Source of the DNA: a virus
Taxonomy: Duplodnaviria > Caudoviricetes
Length of the DNA: 61,638 bases
Virus record (IMG/VR): IMGVR_UViG_3300007509_001035
Location: 1 to 61,638 of that record
Strand: one strand, 5' to 3'
Positions within the stretch are counted from its first letter, which is position 1. The number at the start of each line of letters is the position of its first letter. Of the stretch, positions 9,646-20,700 are shown piece after piece. The position numbers and the translations under genes are program-made. The notes below the pieces were generated by a model that was not told the origin of the DNA, did not search any database, and worked only from the letters and a program-made list of their open reading frames with translations.

Positions 9646-10695
9646 ATGGCAGTTAAAGATTTTATTAAACAATTAATCAAGGAGAGTGGAAATGATATGG
9701 CTTCGATTGTATCCTCTGGGATTATTGGGGATAGCAATACTTTTATTGGTACTGGATCATATTCATTAAATGCGTTACTGTCTGGTTCAATGTATGGCGG
9801 AGTACCTTCAAATAAAATAACTTGTTTTGCTGGTTCTGAAGCTGTTGGTAAGACATTTATTACCTTAAGTATTGCCAAACATTTTTTAGAACAAAATAAA
9901 GAAAATGCTGTTATGTATTTTGAAAGTGAAGGTGCATTAACACAAGATATAATTGCAGAAAGAGGTTTAGATACTGATAGAGTTGTAGTATTACCAGTAG
10001 CTACTGTAGAAGAGTTTAGAACTCAGTGTGTGAAAGTAATTGAAAATAGTAAACGAGTAAAAGGTCAGATAATGATTTTCCTTGATTCACTTGGTAATCT
10101 TTCTACAATGAAAGAAACAAGTGATGTTGCTTCTGGTAGTGATAAAAGAGATATGACACGAGCACCATTAATTCGGGGAACATTTCGTACACTTGCTTTA
10201 ATGTTATCAAGACATGATATACCTTTGATACTGACCAACCACACATATGACTCAATTGGCAGTATGTTTCCTAAGAAAGAAATTTCTGGTGGTGGAGGAA
10301 TTAAGTATGCGGCCTCAACTATTGTTACATTAGGGAAACGAAAAAACAAAGATGGAACAAATGTTATTGGTAATATCATCAAAGCTAAATTAGTTAAGGG
10401 TAGAATGACTAAAGAAGAATCGATTGTTGAAATGATGTTGGATTATCAAAAGGGTTTAGATAAGTATTACGGTTTAATTCCTATTGCAGAAAAATATGGT
10501 ATCTTTAAAAAAGTATCGACTAGGTTTGAAACACCATCCGGAAAAGCATTTGAAAAAACTATTATCAATGATCCTGAGAAGTATTTTACAGAGGATGTAA
10601 TGAAACAACTTGAAGAAGCAGTTTATAAAGAATTTAATTATGGTAGCAAAGGAGCCTTGAATGATAACAATGACAAGCAACGAGAAGACATTTAA
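9646..10695 (+). CDS. uvsX: RecA-like recombinase UvsX
   Basis: TGSYSLNALLSG, Walker A GSEAVGKT, FLDSLGNL, SGGGG. Confidence 0.93.
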   Translation: MAVKDFIKQLIKESGNDMASIVSSGIIGDSNTFIGTGSYSLNALLSGSMYGGVPSNKITCFAGSEAVGKTFITLSIAKHFLEQNKENAVMYFESEGALTQDIIAERGLDTDRVVVLPVATVEEFRTQCVKVIENSKRVKGQIMIFLDSLGNLSTMKETSDVASGSDKRDMTRAPLIRGTFRTLALMLSRHDIPLILTNHTYDSIGSMFPKKEISGGGGIKYAASTIVTLGKRKNKDGTNVIGNIIKAKLVKGRMTKEESIVEMMLDYQKGLDKYYGLIPIAEKYGIFKKVSTRFETPSGKAFEKTIINDPEKYFTEDVMKQLEEAVYKEFNYGSKGALNDNNDKQREDI

Positions 10696-11305
10696 TGCGT
10701 GGATAACATATCAGGCAATTAATGCACACTTTACAAGAGATTATGATTATTTCAGGTATAATGGTAAATTGAATATGACTTATGATTCAATGGAAAGACA
10801 ATTTAATAAGTATGAACATAATAGTAATTTCTCAGCCCAAAGACAAATTTTTGATAATCTTGGAAAATCATTTAAACATAAAGAGGATTTAATATTTTTT
10901 TATCTATCACAATTTACAAATGGTATAACATATCCATCTATGTTTGATAGTGATTTGTATGAGGAATATAAAGAACAAATGAATAATTTCCATTTTTATT
11001 TAAAACGTGATATTGAAGAAGTTATTAAATATATGCAGGAATATGATAAAACATTTGATGAATTGTTCGTAGCCGAAAAGGTTAATCATCCTCCAATCTT
11101 AAAACTTGGGTTATCGCGAACAATATCGGTAGAAACATTCACAACACTTGATATTATTTTGAATTTTCTTTCACAAATGGAAAAGAAATTAATTGATCCA
11201 GCATCAAAAGATTTTATTAAATTGGTGAGAAATTATAAACCATTCTTATCAATTGATATAGAAAAGGGGAAAAAAATAATAAAAGATACTTTAATGAAAG
11301 GGTGA
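10661..11305 (+). CDS. gp59: helicase loader (T4 gp59-like)
   Basis: YQAINAHFTRDYDYFRYNGK N-terminus, HPPILKL, ISVETF, YKPFL. Confidence 0.8.
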   Translation: MITMTSNEKTFNAWITYQAINAHFTRDYDYFRYNGKLNMTYDSMERQFNKYEHNSNFSAQRQIFDNLGKSFKHKEDLIFFYLSQFTNGITYPSMFDSDLYEEYKEQMNNFHFYLKRDIEEVIKYMQEYDKTFDELFVAEKVNHPPILKLGLSRTISVETFTTLDIILNFLSQMEKKLIDPASKDFIKLVRNYKPFLSIDIEKGKKIIKDTLMKG

Positions 11306-11306
11306 T

Positions 11307-12713
11307 ATGAGGACAGAGAGTTTGATATTAGAGAATTTGATATATAATGATAATTATTCTAGTATTATTGGTATCTTTTTAAAACCAGAATATTTTAAAG
11401 ATAATAATGAAAAGATAATTTTCACAGAAATACAAAAACATATTTCTGAATATAATAAACCACCTACAATAGAATCATTATCTGTAAAGCTATCAAATAG
11501 AAATGATTTGAATGAAACAACATTTAATAAATGTGAAGAGCTTTTAAAAACATATAAGAAAAAGACAGATGATGAAGAATGGTTAGTTCAAGAAACAGAG
11601 AAATGGGCAAAAGATCAAGCTGTATATAATGGTATAGTCGACAGTATTTCTATTTTAGAAGGCAAAGATACAAAATCATCTAAGGATGCAATTCCAGAAA
11701 TTCTTACAGAAGCACTTGCTATTTCATTAGACCAAAGTGTGGGTCATAGTTATATGGAGGACGGTGATAATCGTTGGGAATTTTATCATAAGAAAGAATC
11801 AAAAATTCCATTTGATATGACAATGTTGGATAAGATTACTAATGGAGGAATATCACCAAAAACACTTACAGTATTACTTGGTGGAACTGGTGTTGGTAAA
11901 ACATTAGTTAAAACACATTTGGCTTGTCAATATATGAAACAAGGATTAGATGTTTTATATATTACAATGGAAATGGCAGAAGAAAGAATAGCAGAAAGGA
12001 TTGATGCTAACTTGATGGATATTGATATTGACCAGTTACATATAATTCCAAAAGATAGCTTTCAAAAGAAATTAAGTAAATTAAATATTGGTAGATTAGT
12101 TGTGAAAGAGTATCCAACAGCAGGAGCTCATGTTGGAAACTTTCGTGCATTGATCAGAGAATTAAAAATTAAAAAAGATTTTACACCACAAGTTATTATA
12201 TTAGATTACTTGAATATTTGTGCGTCAAGTAGAGTCAAGTGGGCTGCAAACATGAACACTTACATTTATATTAAATCAATTGCTGAAGAAGTTCGTGGGT
12301 TGGCAGTTGAATGTAATGTTCCTATTATCACAAGTTCACAGTTAAATAGAGAGGGTTATGGTAGTAGTGATCCTGATTTAACTAATACGTCAGAATCGTT
12401 CGGACTTCCAGCCACTGCTGATCTGATGTTAGCAATTATGGCAAAAGACGGGGATCCAGGTAGTAAGAATCAAATACTATTTAAACAGTTGAAAAATCGT
12501 TATGCTGACTTGAGTATGAATAGTAAGTTCTTGGTCAATGTTATTAAAAAAAGAATGAAACTAGAAAATATTGAAGAAGATGAACAACCAGTATTAGCGA
12601 ATGATGGAAGTAATAAGTTTTATGAGAAAAAGACTGAAGCCAATACATCAGCTAATCCATTTGTATTTAAAGTAAAGCCAGAACGCAGGAAAGTGGATAA
12701 TTGGAACATATAA
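11307..12713 (+). CDS. gp41: replicative DnaB-like helicase (T4 gp41)
   Basis: GGTGVGKT, YITMEMAEE, KEYPT, LDYLNI, SQLNR, SESFGLPATAD, QLKNRY. Confidence 0.96.
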   Translation: MRTESLILENLIYNDNYSSIIGIFLKPEYFKDNNEKIIFTEIQKHISEYNKPPTIESLSVKLSNRNDLNETTFNKCEELLKTYKKKTDDEEWLVQETEKWAKDQAVYNGIVDSISILEGKDTKSSKDAIPEILTEALAISLDQSVGHSYMEDGDNRWEFYHKKESKIPFDMTMLDKITNGGISPKTLTVLLGGTGVGKTLVKTHLACQYMKQGLDVLYITMEMAEERIAERIDANLMDIDIDQLHIIPKDSFQKKLSKLNIGRLVVKEYPTAGAHVGNFRALIRELKIKKDFTPQVIILDYLNICASSRVKWAANMNTYIYIKSIAEEVRGLAVECNVPIITSSQLNREGYGSSDPDLTNTSESFGLPATADLMLAIMAKDGDPGSKNQILFKQLKNRYADLSMNSKFLVNVIKKRMKLENIEEDEQPVLANDGSNKFYEKKTEANTSANPFVFKVKPERRKVDNWNI

Positions 12714-12716
12714 ATA
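12709..12716 (+). promoter_or_regulatory. T4-type late promoter
   Basis: TATAAATA overlapping the gp41 stop, ahead of SD GGAGG. Confidence 0.55.
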
Positions 12717-12736
12717 TATAATAAAATGGAGGAAAT

Positions 12737-12964
12737 ATGCAAAATTTAACTATATCTAAAGGTTGGGGCGAAGGATTCAAGGAAAAGGATAAAGCCCCTA
12801 TATTAAAAAAATTATGCGAACATCGTGCAAATACGATTACTTTAGACCATGAAGTAGGTATTGAATACTGTAATTTTTGTGGTGCATTGGGGCATTATAG
12901 TGTAGATAAAGACACGGTAGAGTGGAAATTACCTGAATTTTTAGTGAAACAAAATTATAATTGA
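12737..12964 (+). CDS. small hypothetical protein, possible Zn-binding
   Basis: SD GGAGG; CEH...CNFC. Confidence 0.6.
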   Translation: MQNLTISKGWGEGFKEKDKAPILKKLCEHRANTITLDHEVGIEYCNFCGALGHYSVDKDTVEWKLPEFLVKQNYN

Positions 12965-12976
12965 CTTTTGGAATCT

Positions 12977-12984
12977 TATAAATA
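12977..12984 (+). promoter_or_regulatory. T4-type late promoter
   Basis: TATAAATA ahead of the block of leader-bearing ORFs. Confidence 0.6.
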
Positions 12985-12993
12985 TATAGTGTT

Positions 12994-13176
12994 ATGAATA
13001 ATATAAAGCAAATGTTCAGGGATGTTGTTAAGAAAAAAGGTGAGGAAATCGGTGAAAATTCACTTCTAAACAGACAAACAAGCAAGGCTGATGATCATTA
13101 TACAGTCTGTCCATTTAGGTCAATTGACATAGAAGAATGTCCATTGTGTAAAATAGAGGAATTGGGAGAGATATGA
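12994..13176 (+). CDS. small hypothetical protein
   Basis: CPF...CPLC; overlaps next ORF by ATGA. Confidence 0.55.
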   Translation: MNNIKQMFRDVVKKKGEEIGENSLLNRQTSKADDHYTVCPFRSIDIEECPLCKIEELGEI

Positions 13177-13499
13177 AAACATTTAAAACTTATTTAGTAG
13201 AAGCAGTTGATAAAGATATGGTCATTGAGCTTAAGTTATACATTGAGAATGATGCAGATTTGTATCGTCAACGTCTTGTTCCTATTGTCAAGAATATCCA
13301 GAAGAAAATGAAGTCTGGAAAGTATGACCATAAGAAAGCACCTAAACTTTGGAAGTATCTTGTAGATGATGGTGCAAAGAAATATGCAAAGGAATTTCCT
13401 GGCGTTAAGTTTAACAAACAGGAAAAGGAAGCAGTTGCACAGGAATTTGCTGATGAATACAAAGATGAAATCGAAGCACAAGACGGAGCAATGTTCTAA
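13173..13499 (+). CDS. putative internal head protein
   Basis: N-terminus MKTFKTYLVE resembles the T4 internal-protein capsid targeting sequence. Confidence 0.6.
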   Translation: MKTFKTYLVEAVDKDMVIELKLYIENDADLYRQRLVPIVKNIQKKMKSGKYDHKKAPKLWKYLVDDGAKKYAKEFPGVKFNKQEKEAVAQEFADEYKDEIEAQDGAMF

Positions 13500-13744
13500 T
13501 GAAAACTTATAAAGATTTTTTAATAGAGAAAAAAGTTACTGAAAAAGATATAGTAAAGGCAATAAAAAAAGATAGAAGTCGCCAGCCAGGTGTACTTTTA
13601 TTGATTAATTATAGGGGTCGAGAAATGCACGTTGCCGTTGATTTGGACACGATTAAAAATAAGGATGGTAATTCATATTTTGGAACAGACGAAGATGGTA
13701 ACGAAATTGAATTTGAAATCGATGATGTTTCAAGGATAGAATAA
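13499..13744 (+). CDS. putative internal head protein
   Basis: N-terminus MKTYKDFLIE. Confidence 0.6.
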   Translation: MKTYKDFLIEKKVTEKDIVKAIKKDRSRQPGVLLLINYRGREMHVAVDLDTIKNKDGNSYFGTDEDGNEIEFEIDDVSRIE

Positions 13745-15264
13745 TGAAAACATTTAAAACTTTTTTGAAAGTAGAAAGATTAGCTCCGTTATTAAGTGAA
13801 GCTTTATCAAACCCAACTTTAAATACGCCTGCTAGTGCCGGTCCAAATAGTGGTTTGCAACGCTATGAAATTTTTGCTAATAAGGTATGGGGTAAAGGAG
13901 ATATTACATCACATATAAAAAATGATGCTGGTACTGTTGTTATTAAAAAAGTAGAGATGGGTGGCAAGATATACTCTGCTTCTAATCCAAGAGATAAAGC
14001 AAAGTTTATCAAAGATTATATGGAGACAGATGGTTCTGGATTTAAAATTATTGATCCAGCAATGAAAATATCCGACTTAGCTAAAACGCCAGAATATGGT
14101 GGTAAAGGTGGTGGACAATCAATATCAGAAAGTACACAAGAATTAATGGTATGTTGTCTTGTTTTAAATGGATATACATATGATGGAACTGATATTGATG
14201 CTGACCAAGCATCAGAAATTATTGAAGCTGCAAAAGGTGAATGGAGTAAAATTGTTGGTGCAACAGGAAAAGAAAAATTACTAGATCAGTTTACTGAAAA
14301 CTGGTATGACCTTGCAACATCCGTATCATCTTGTAATGCTATTTTAGATATTACTGGAACTGCGGATAAAGTATTTTGGACAGGACAATCATGGGATAAA
14401 GAAATTAAACCTTACAATCCTGATGTTGAAGGAATTAAAGATTACAATTCATCTGATATGGTTGTCAAGGGTGGAGATGGTATTTACTACGGTTTCTCAT
14501 TAAAGAAAAAACCATCTTCTAAAGCGGATGATCCAACATTAATTAATAAACCAATTACAGGTGAAAAATCAGAATTAAAAAGTATTCTTAGTACTAAAGG
14601 TTTAAAGAATATTGAAGATGCTAAAGTTAAATTTTTTGATAGAATCATAAAAGATTACACAAAGTTTAACAGTGGTGATAAAAAATTAATTAAAAAAGGT
14701 ATTAATAAATTATCTCCAAAACAGAAAGGTGCTTTAATCCGAAAAGTTAATAACGATTGGATTAATGATAGACTTAGAGGTAAAGGTCCAACTAAAAATA
14801 TATTTTGGAAAACCTTTGACGAAGAATTACAAAAAGCTAAGAAAACATTTTGTCAAAAGTTTATTAAGCTTCTTTTTAGAATGGATTTAAATAAGTTAAT
14901 GGGTAAGGCTAGTTCTCAATTTAAATTTTATTTGTTAACTGGTATTGGTAAACAAACATCTACTGGTATTTTTGTAGAAAAAGCTGAAGTTAAAGACCTT
15001 CCTAGTACCATTGAAGTTCTGTCTAAAGTATTTAAACAGAATAAATTAAAATTAGGAAAGACATTGGACAAAAAGGGCAGCCCTATTGCTCAACCGTGGG
15101 AATGGGATGGTGGAAAAGACTTGGCAGCTAAAGTTAGATATACTATTTACAATGGTAATGTACCACTAATTAATATTGATGTAAGGTACAAAGGTTCAAA
15201 AACTGCTGAACCACAATTTCAGGCAATAGCTACTCCAAGTTTTAGAAACCTTTTTGACCATTAA
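13744..15264 (+). CDS. large hypothetical protein with head-targeting-like leader; possible PD-(D/E)XK nuclease fold
   Basis: MKTFKTFLKVE leader; TQE...NSSDMVV...YGFSLKK. Confidence 0.5.
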   Translation: MKTFKTFLKVERLAPLLSEALSNPTLNTPASAGPNSGLQRYEIFANKVWGKGDITSHIKNDAGTVVIKKVEMGGKIYSASNPRDKAKFIKDYMETDGSGFKIIDPAMKISDLAKTPEYGGKGGGQSISESTQELMVCCLVLNGYTYDGTDIDADQASEIIEAAKGEWSKIVGATGKEKLLDQFTENWYDLATSVSSCNAILDITGTADKVFWTGQSWDKEIKPYNPDVEGIKDYNSSDMVVKGGDGIYYGFSLKKKPSSKADDPTLINKPITGEKSELKSILSTKGLKNIEDAKVKFFDRIIKDYTKFNSGDKKLIKKGINKLSPKQKGALIRKVNNDWINDRLRGKGPTKNIFWKTFDEELQKAKKTFCQKFIKLLFRMDLNKLMGKASSQFKFYLLTGIGKQTSTGIFVEKAEVKDLPSTIEVLSKVFKQNKLKLGKTLDKKGSPIAQPWEWDGGKDLAAKVRYTIYNGNVPLINIDVRYKGSKTAEPQFQAIATPSFRNLFDH

Positions 15265-15268
15265 ATAA

Positions 15269-16495
15269 ATGTTATCATTCAAAGAATTATTAAATGAAGA
15301 TACAAATACGCACATGGAACACCTTGAAGATGAAATCATCAACAATGGTGTCAAAGGTGCAACTACAGCTATTCAGTTTTTAAATTCCCTAAAAGATATG
15401 TTATCTGGTGGGAAAAGTAAAACGAATATAACTGTAAAGTGGGATGGAGCCCCAGCAATATTTGCTGGTATCAATCCAGAGAACGGCAAGTTTTTCGTTG
15501 CAACGAAAGCAATGTTTAATAAGACCCCAAAAATAAATTATACCAAAGCAGACATTGACGCTAATCATGGTTCAGAGGGTCCTTCAGATAAATTAAGAGT
15601 TGCATTGAAATACTTACCCGATCTTGGAATGAAAGGCATCTATCAAGGTGATATCATGTTTTCTAAAGGTGATTTAAAGAAGGAGACTATTGATGATGTC
15701 AGTATGTTAACTTTTGGTCCTAATACTATCACCTATGCTGTTCCAGAAGATAGTGACTTGGCATCTGAAATGAGAAAGGCAAGTCTTGGAGTGGTATGGC
15801 ACACAAAGTATACAGGAGACACTATTGATTCATTAAGTGCATCTTTTGGTGTTGATGCATCTAAGTTTAAGAAAACTAAAAATGTTTGGTCTGATGATGC
15901 ATATGTTGATACTGCAAATGCAGCTATGTTCACACCGTCAGAAGTAAATAAATTAGAGAAAAAAATAAACCAAATTAAAGGTTCAGTTAAAAAGGCTGGT
16001 AAATTTTTAAATCTTTTAGGAAAAGAAATTGCTGATAAGAAAAAGTGGGGATTAGCGCCGTGGATGAAAGTATTTTTTAATACCAAGATTCGTGCTGGTG
16101 TAAGAATTGCCGATACTAAAAAACTTATTAAAGAATTTGAAAAGTATTATGTTGATAGAGTGCAAAAAGAGATTGATGTAAAGAAAACTGTTCAAGGTAA
16201 AAAACCATATCAAGATATACAGAAAGAATCTAAAAAAGCGTTAAGGAAATTTAAAACAGAATTATATTTTACTATGGCGACTTATATAGGTATTCTTGAA
16301 GCAAAGAATATGGTTGTTAAGAAATTAGAAACGATTAGGGGTATTGGAACATTTCTAAGAGATGGTGATGGTTTTAAAGTTACAGCACCAGAAGGATTTG
16401 TTGCTATTGATTCAGCTGATGGTGGTGCTGTTAAGTTAGTTGATAGACTTACTTTTTCACATGCTAATTTTACTATTGCAAAGGATTGGGACTAA
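15269..16495 (+). CDS. conserved T4-like protein (DUF6267-like) with ligase-type nucleotidyltransferase motifs
   Basis: NTHMEHLED; TVKWDGAP (KxDG), QGDIMF, PEGFVAI, AVKLV; leader MLSFKELLNE. Confidence 0.65.
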   Translation: MLSFKELLNEDTNTHMEHLEDEIINNGVKGATTAIQFLNSLKDMLSGGKSKTNITVKWDGAPAIFAGINPENGKFFVATKAMFNKTPKINYTKADIDANHGSEGPSDKLRVALKYLPDLGMKGIYQGDIMFSKGDLKKETIDDVSMLTFGPNTITYAVPEDSDLASEMRKASLGVVWHTKYTGDTIDSLSASFGVDASKFKKTKNVWSDDAYVDTANAAMFTPSEVNKLEKKINQIKGSVKKAGKFLNLLGKEIADKKKWGLAPWMKVFFNTKIRAGVRIADTKKLIKEFEKYYVDRVQKEIDVKKTVQGKKPYQDIQKESKKALRKFKTELYFTMATYIGILEAKNMVVKKLETIRGIGTFLRDGDGFKVTAPEGFVAIDSADGGAVKLVDRLTFSHANFTIAKDWD

Positions 16496-16498
16496 TAG

Positions 16499-17731
16499 AT
16501 GAAATTGATCGAAGATGCTATTCCAGAAGAAGTTAGAGCTTTTCACGAAGCCTTATCAAAAAACTATGTAGAAGTTGTTGAAGAAGATGTCATTCCAGAA
16601 GAAGAAGTTGAGGAACCAGATGTTATTCCTGAAGAAAAAGATGATCTTGTGGCTCAAACCACGGATCTTATATCATCAGAAAATCTGGATCATCAATATA
16701 TTGTTCCTGAAGAAAAGAAATTAGAGGTTTTTCCAGAAGAAAAATCTACGGATAAAGAATTATCTCTAAAATTAAAAGGTTTGGCATCATGGCTTGAAGA
16801 AAAGGAACAGAAACCAGTTGTTCTTCCAGAAGAAATATCTATAACTCTTGCAGATGAAACTGCAAATCTTTTATCATCAGGTATTCTTGATTATCTTGAT
16901 AAACCAATTGATTATCTTGATAAACCAAGAGTATATGAGAATGAAGAGGTAGGAGAACTTGCTGAACGTATAGAGAAAGTACAAAAATCACTTGTTCATT
17001 TAAGACAGTATTCACCCGGTTCTGGTGAAGTTCGTTTAGAGTATCTTGATGATATTGATAGAGACTCAGTTAAGTCTGATGGAATGTATCTCAAGTATCA
17101 AGAATCTACAAAAAAATGGATAGGGTCAGTATCTACTTCAACGGGATGGGACCCATCAGGTTATGAATATACAGGTGATGCATCCTTAGCACTTATAGTA
17201 AATGATGCAGGAGCTGTTAATGGATTAGAAATAGAAGAAAACACTTGGACTGTAATGCCATGTGTCAGAGGTAATGCTGATAATCAATTACCATCTACAT
17301 TTACAAGTCGTATTTGGGATGATTCAACAAATAGATTTTCATTTGCAGAGATTCCTATAGATGGTGTAGTTTTATTTCGAGTAAATGTAGATGTATACCC
17401 CGAAACAAATAATGCTTTGTTAACAGGTAGGATTCGTTTTGTTGCTGTTAATGATGGAACGGAGCATGTATTGAATGAAGATGGAGATAGAATAGTATTA
17501 GAAGATGATAGTGGAAATATCACAGGTGATTTCTTTCAGTCATATTCTTTCTTCCAAACAGTAGCTGCACAAGAAATGGCTAATGGTGCTGGTGCATTAC
17601 ACGAAAGAACTTTTATATTTCCCGTGTATGTAGGTAACACAAATGCACAGAGGGGTTTTGGTCAGTTTGAATTAAATTGTAGTTGTGATTTCACATTGAA
17701 TGATTCATCAGTCGTGGGGGTATTGAACTAA
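16499..17731 (+). CDS. virion structural protein, acidic PEE-rich N-terminus
   Basis: Repeated xPEE; GSGEVRLEYLDD; beta-rich C-terminal domain; coupled to fibre gene. Confidence 0.55.
   Translation: MKLIEDAIPEEVRAFHEALSKNYVEVVEEDVIPEEEVEEPDVIPEEKDDLVAQTTDLISSENLDHQYIVPEEKKLEVFPEEKSTDKELSLKLKGLASWLEEKEQKPVVLPEEISITLADETANLLSSGILDYLDKPIDYLDKPRVYENEEVGELAERIEKVQKSLVHLRQYSPGSGEVRLEYLDDIDRDSVKSDGMYLKYQESTKKWIGSVSTSTGWDPSGYEYTGDASLALIVNDAGAVNGLEIEENTWTVMPCVRGNADNQLPSTFTSRIWDDSTNRFSFAEIPIDGVVLFRVNVDVYPETNNALLTGRIRFVAVNDGTEHVLNEDGDRIVLEDDSGNITGDFFQSYSFFQTVAAQEMANGAGALHERTFIFPVYVGNTNAQRGFGQFELNCSCDFTLNDSSVVGVLN
16887..16928 (+). repeat. perfect in-frame 21-bp tandem duplication
   Basis: TTGATTATCTTGATAAACCAA x2 (DYLDKP twice). 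Confidence 0.9.
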
Positions 17732-20700
17732 TGGCCAGAACAGCAAGAAAATTTTTAGTAAGACGGTCTAAAGATAACCTTAGTGTTGTCTTTACTCGTA
17801 GAGCTCGAAGACTAGGATCTCATCCACTAGGTAGCTTACAAGCAGTTGCTAGTGATAGAACAAATAGAATTAATATTCTGAACATTGAAGAAACAGAGCT
17901 TCGTGGTGAAGACTTCTTTGAAATAAAAAATACACATTTCGGTCATTGGTGGACTAGAAATTGGAACACTGATAGAGAACTTAACAATTTTGATGTTAGA
18001 GTTGCAGCACATACAAGCCAAGCTGAGACCATTGCAGAACTTAATAATATATTAGGTTATACTATTGAAGAAGCGGCCGGTGACGAAGGTGGTTCAGGTC
18101 TATCGTCAGTGGGCGGTACATCTGTTGTTAGTTTCCGATTGGCGGCTGTTCAATATTGTTTAGAGGATGGCACTGGGTTTATTGTAAATGAAGATGACAC
18201 AGGCGGCAAGTTCGACAGTGAAGAATTAAATACAGTTCTCGGAAGATCAGATGGAACTTTCCTGAGTGTAGATACTCGTTCAGTATCTCACGGTGCTAGT
18301 GGTGGTGCTGGTAACCCAGTAGTGAGTGGTGCTGTGTCTAGTAACACGATGACACTGACTTTGGATGATGCCTCTACTGTTGATATTGATGTTACTACAT
18401 TGGCAGATAGTGGTGGTGGTGGATCTGCTACATATATTTTACAAGAAGATAGTGACCAAATATTAATGGAAGATAGTGGTTCCCTTCTTGCTGATGAGGT
18501 GCATACTTCAGTATCTACTGGTGTGGTAAGTGGAACTGACTTGATTCTAACTATGAATGATGGTTCGACTGTTACTATAGCATTAACATCGCCCATATTA
18601 ACCGCATTACCATATTGGTATCAAACTTATGCTAATCCTGGTACTGGTGATACTACTCCTGGGCCACAACTAACCACTCTTACACCAGCACTTGACACAG
18701 GCCCGTGGCACTATGGCCGACAATTGGCCAGAGGTGAAGAATTCCTTTTTGACCATACTTCTAGTTCCCAAGCTCGTTGGCTAGGTATTTGGGGTGGAAA
18801 TGCTACATATGATCCATCGGACCCCGGTAGAGGATCCTATTGGACTAAATCTTTAAGATTCAGTGCGGCCGACCAAATTTCACAATCTGGTTCTGGTACA
18901 TACACACAGGGTTTTGACTTGGCAACTGCCTATGATGTAATACAAGGTTCTACTAAACTTGCTTTAGTGTATGACTACAGTAGTAATAAATTGCAATTAT
19001 GGGAGAGAAGTACAGGAACCTATTCTGAACACCGAACACTTATTACCACAGCAAATGATGCTGAAGATGGTAATCCAGTTACAATAAGTGGGGCGTATGA
19101 AGTCTCTGGTGGTGATCTACCCACCTTTACATATAAAGAACACACATGGGAAATCGTTGCTAATGAGCAGACTCCGGACGATACAACTTGGCGTGATGGC
19201 GTTGAAGCAAATACGGTTATCAGACATGGTACGGCATTGCATCCAGGCGAGAAGATGACTTGTGTTACACCGAATACTTGGTCTAATCATTATTTTAGTT
19301 GGAGCTATACTGGTACAGCAACAGGACAAACTTCAGTTCATCAGCACCTTGATCCCAGTTTCCGAGCAACATCAAGCAGAGATCTTAGGGAAAACCAAGG
19401 TTATACTATTAACCCTTACGCCACACGATACGGTTCTGGTACCCAGACAGCAGCAGGTATGGGTGGAGCAAAGATATCACTCCGATATCATTTAGATAAT
19501 AGCCTTGATGTTTTTGATGAAGATAATGAGGAGGTATTGTTTACTAAAGATGTTGATATGGATGGTAATCCAGCCTACTTGTATATTGGATTTACTGCTG
19601 GCGCTTCAAGCAGTATGGCGTGGACAACTTGGACGTTTGAACCGTTTGCTGGTGCATGGTATAAACACCCATCATCCAGATACATACCTAATCATAGATT
19701 CACAGGTGATGACTTTGATGGCAGTGGGCGATGGATTTGGGGTGAGTATATGTACCCAGGCCAAGAATTTATTTTCCAAGAGGGTATGGGCGGTTCTGGT
19801 AACACTTATATAGGTGTGAGAAATGCTGATGATACTGCTTGGGTCCGATGGGTTGGATTTGATGGTACTAACTTAACTGATGACAATCAAGGTTTTGATA
19901 TTACTGCTAATTATGGCGTGAATAATAAATGGGTTGCTATGAGATATGACCACGGTGATAACAAAATAAAATGGTATGATACAAACACCGCTGGTGTAGA
20001 AACTCTTATCACCACAGCAACTGTTGCTTGTGATGGTAATGCGATTCGTATTTGTGCTAGTGGTAATAATAAAGTTCCACTGGCGCCTGAGTTGAGATAC
20101 TATGGTTGGGAGTATAAACATACGCCAACAGCCTATCCACAACCATGGAAAAACTGGAGAATAAATAGACCTACAGTGAATAATGCTCTAAAAAATGAAA
20201 CAGTTTTGAGACATCGGCTTGGACTAATGCCCGGCAACTATTTTAGATGGACGACTGCTGATACAGGCGCTTCAACTTTTACTGGCGGATGGAAGTCATC
20301 TAATAACGCATCCGGTCTTACTAATGTTGATACTCAGATGACTTATTGGGATTGGGGATTTAGGATGAATAATTCAGAACAAGTCATCGACCTTTTCAAT
20401 ATGACATTCAACACAGCCAATGAAGATTATGACGCAACTGGTAATAATAATGCTGGTGTTTGGGATGATCCTGCTAAAGGCGTTACTCAGATACAACTAA
20501 GATATCATGCAAGTAATAATAAGATAGATTTACATGACCACACCAATAACCGAGTTATTGCAACTAAAGATAGTGCTGCTGATGGTAATGCAGTATATTT
20601 CGACCATGGACTAGGAACTAATACTACTGGCCTAGCAGATAACTTTTTTGGTGGTGGTGATGTAGAGATTGCGGCATCAAACTTTGCACCAACATTTACA

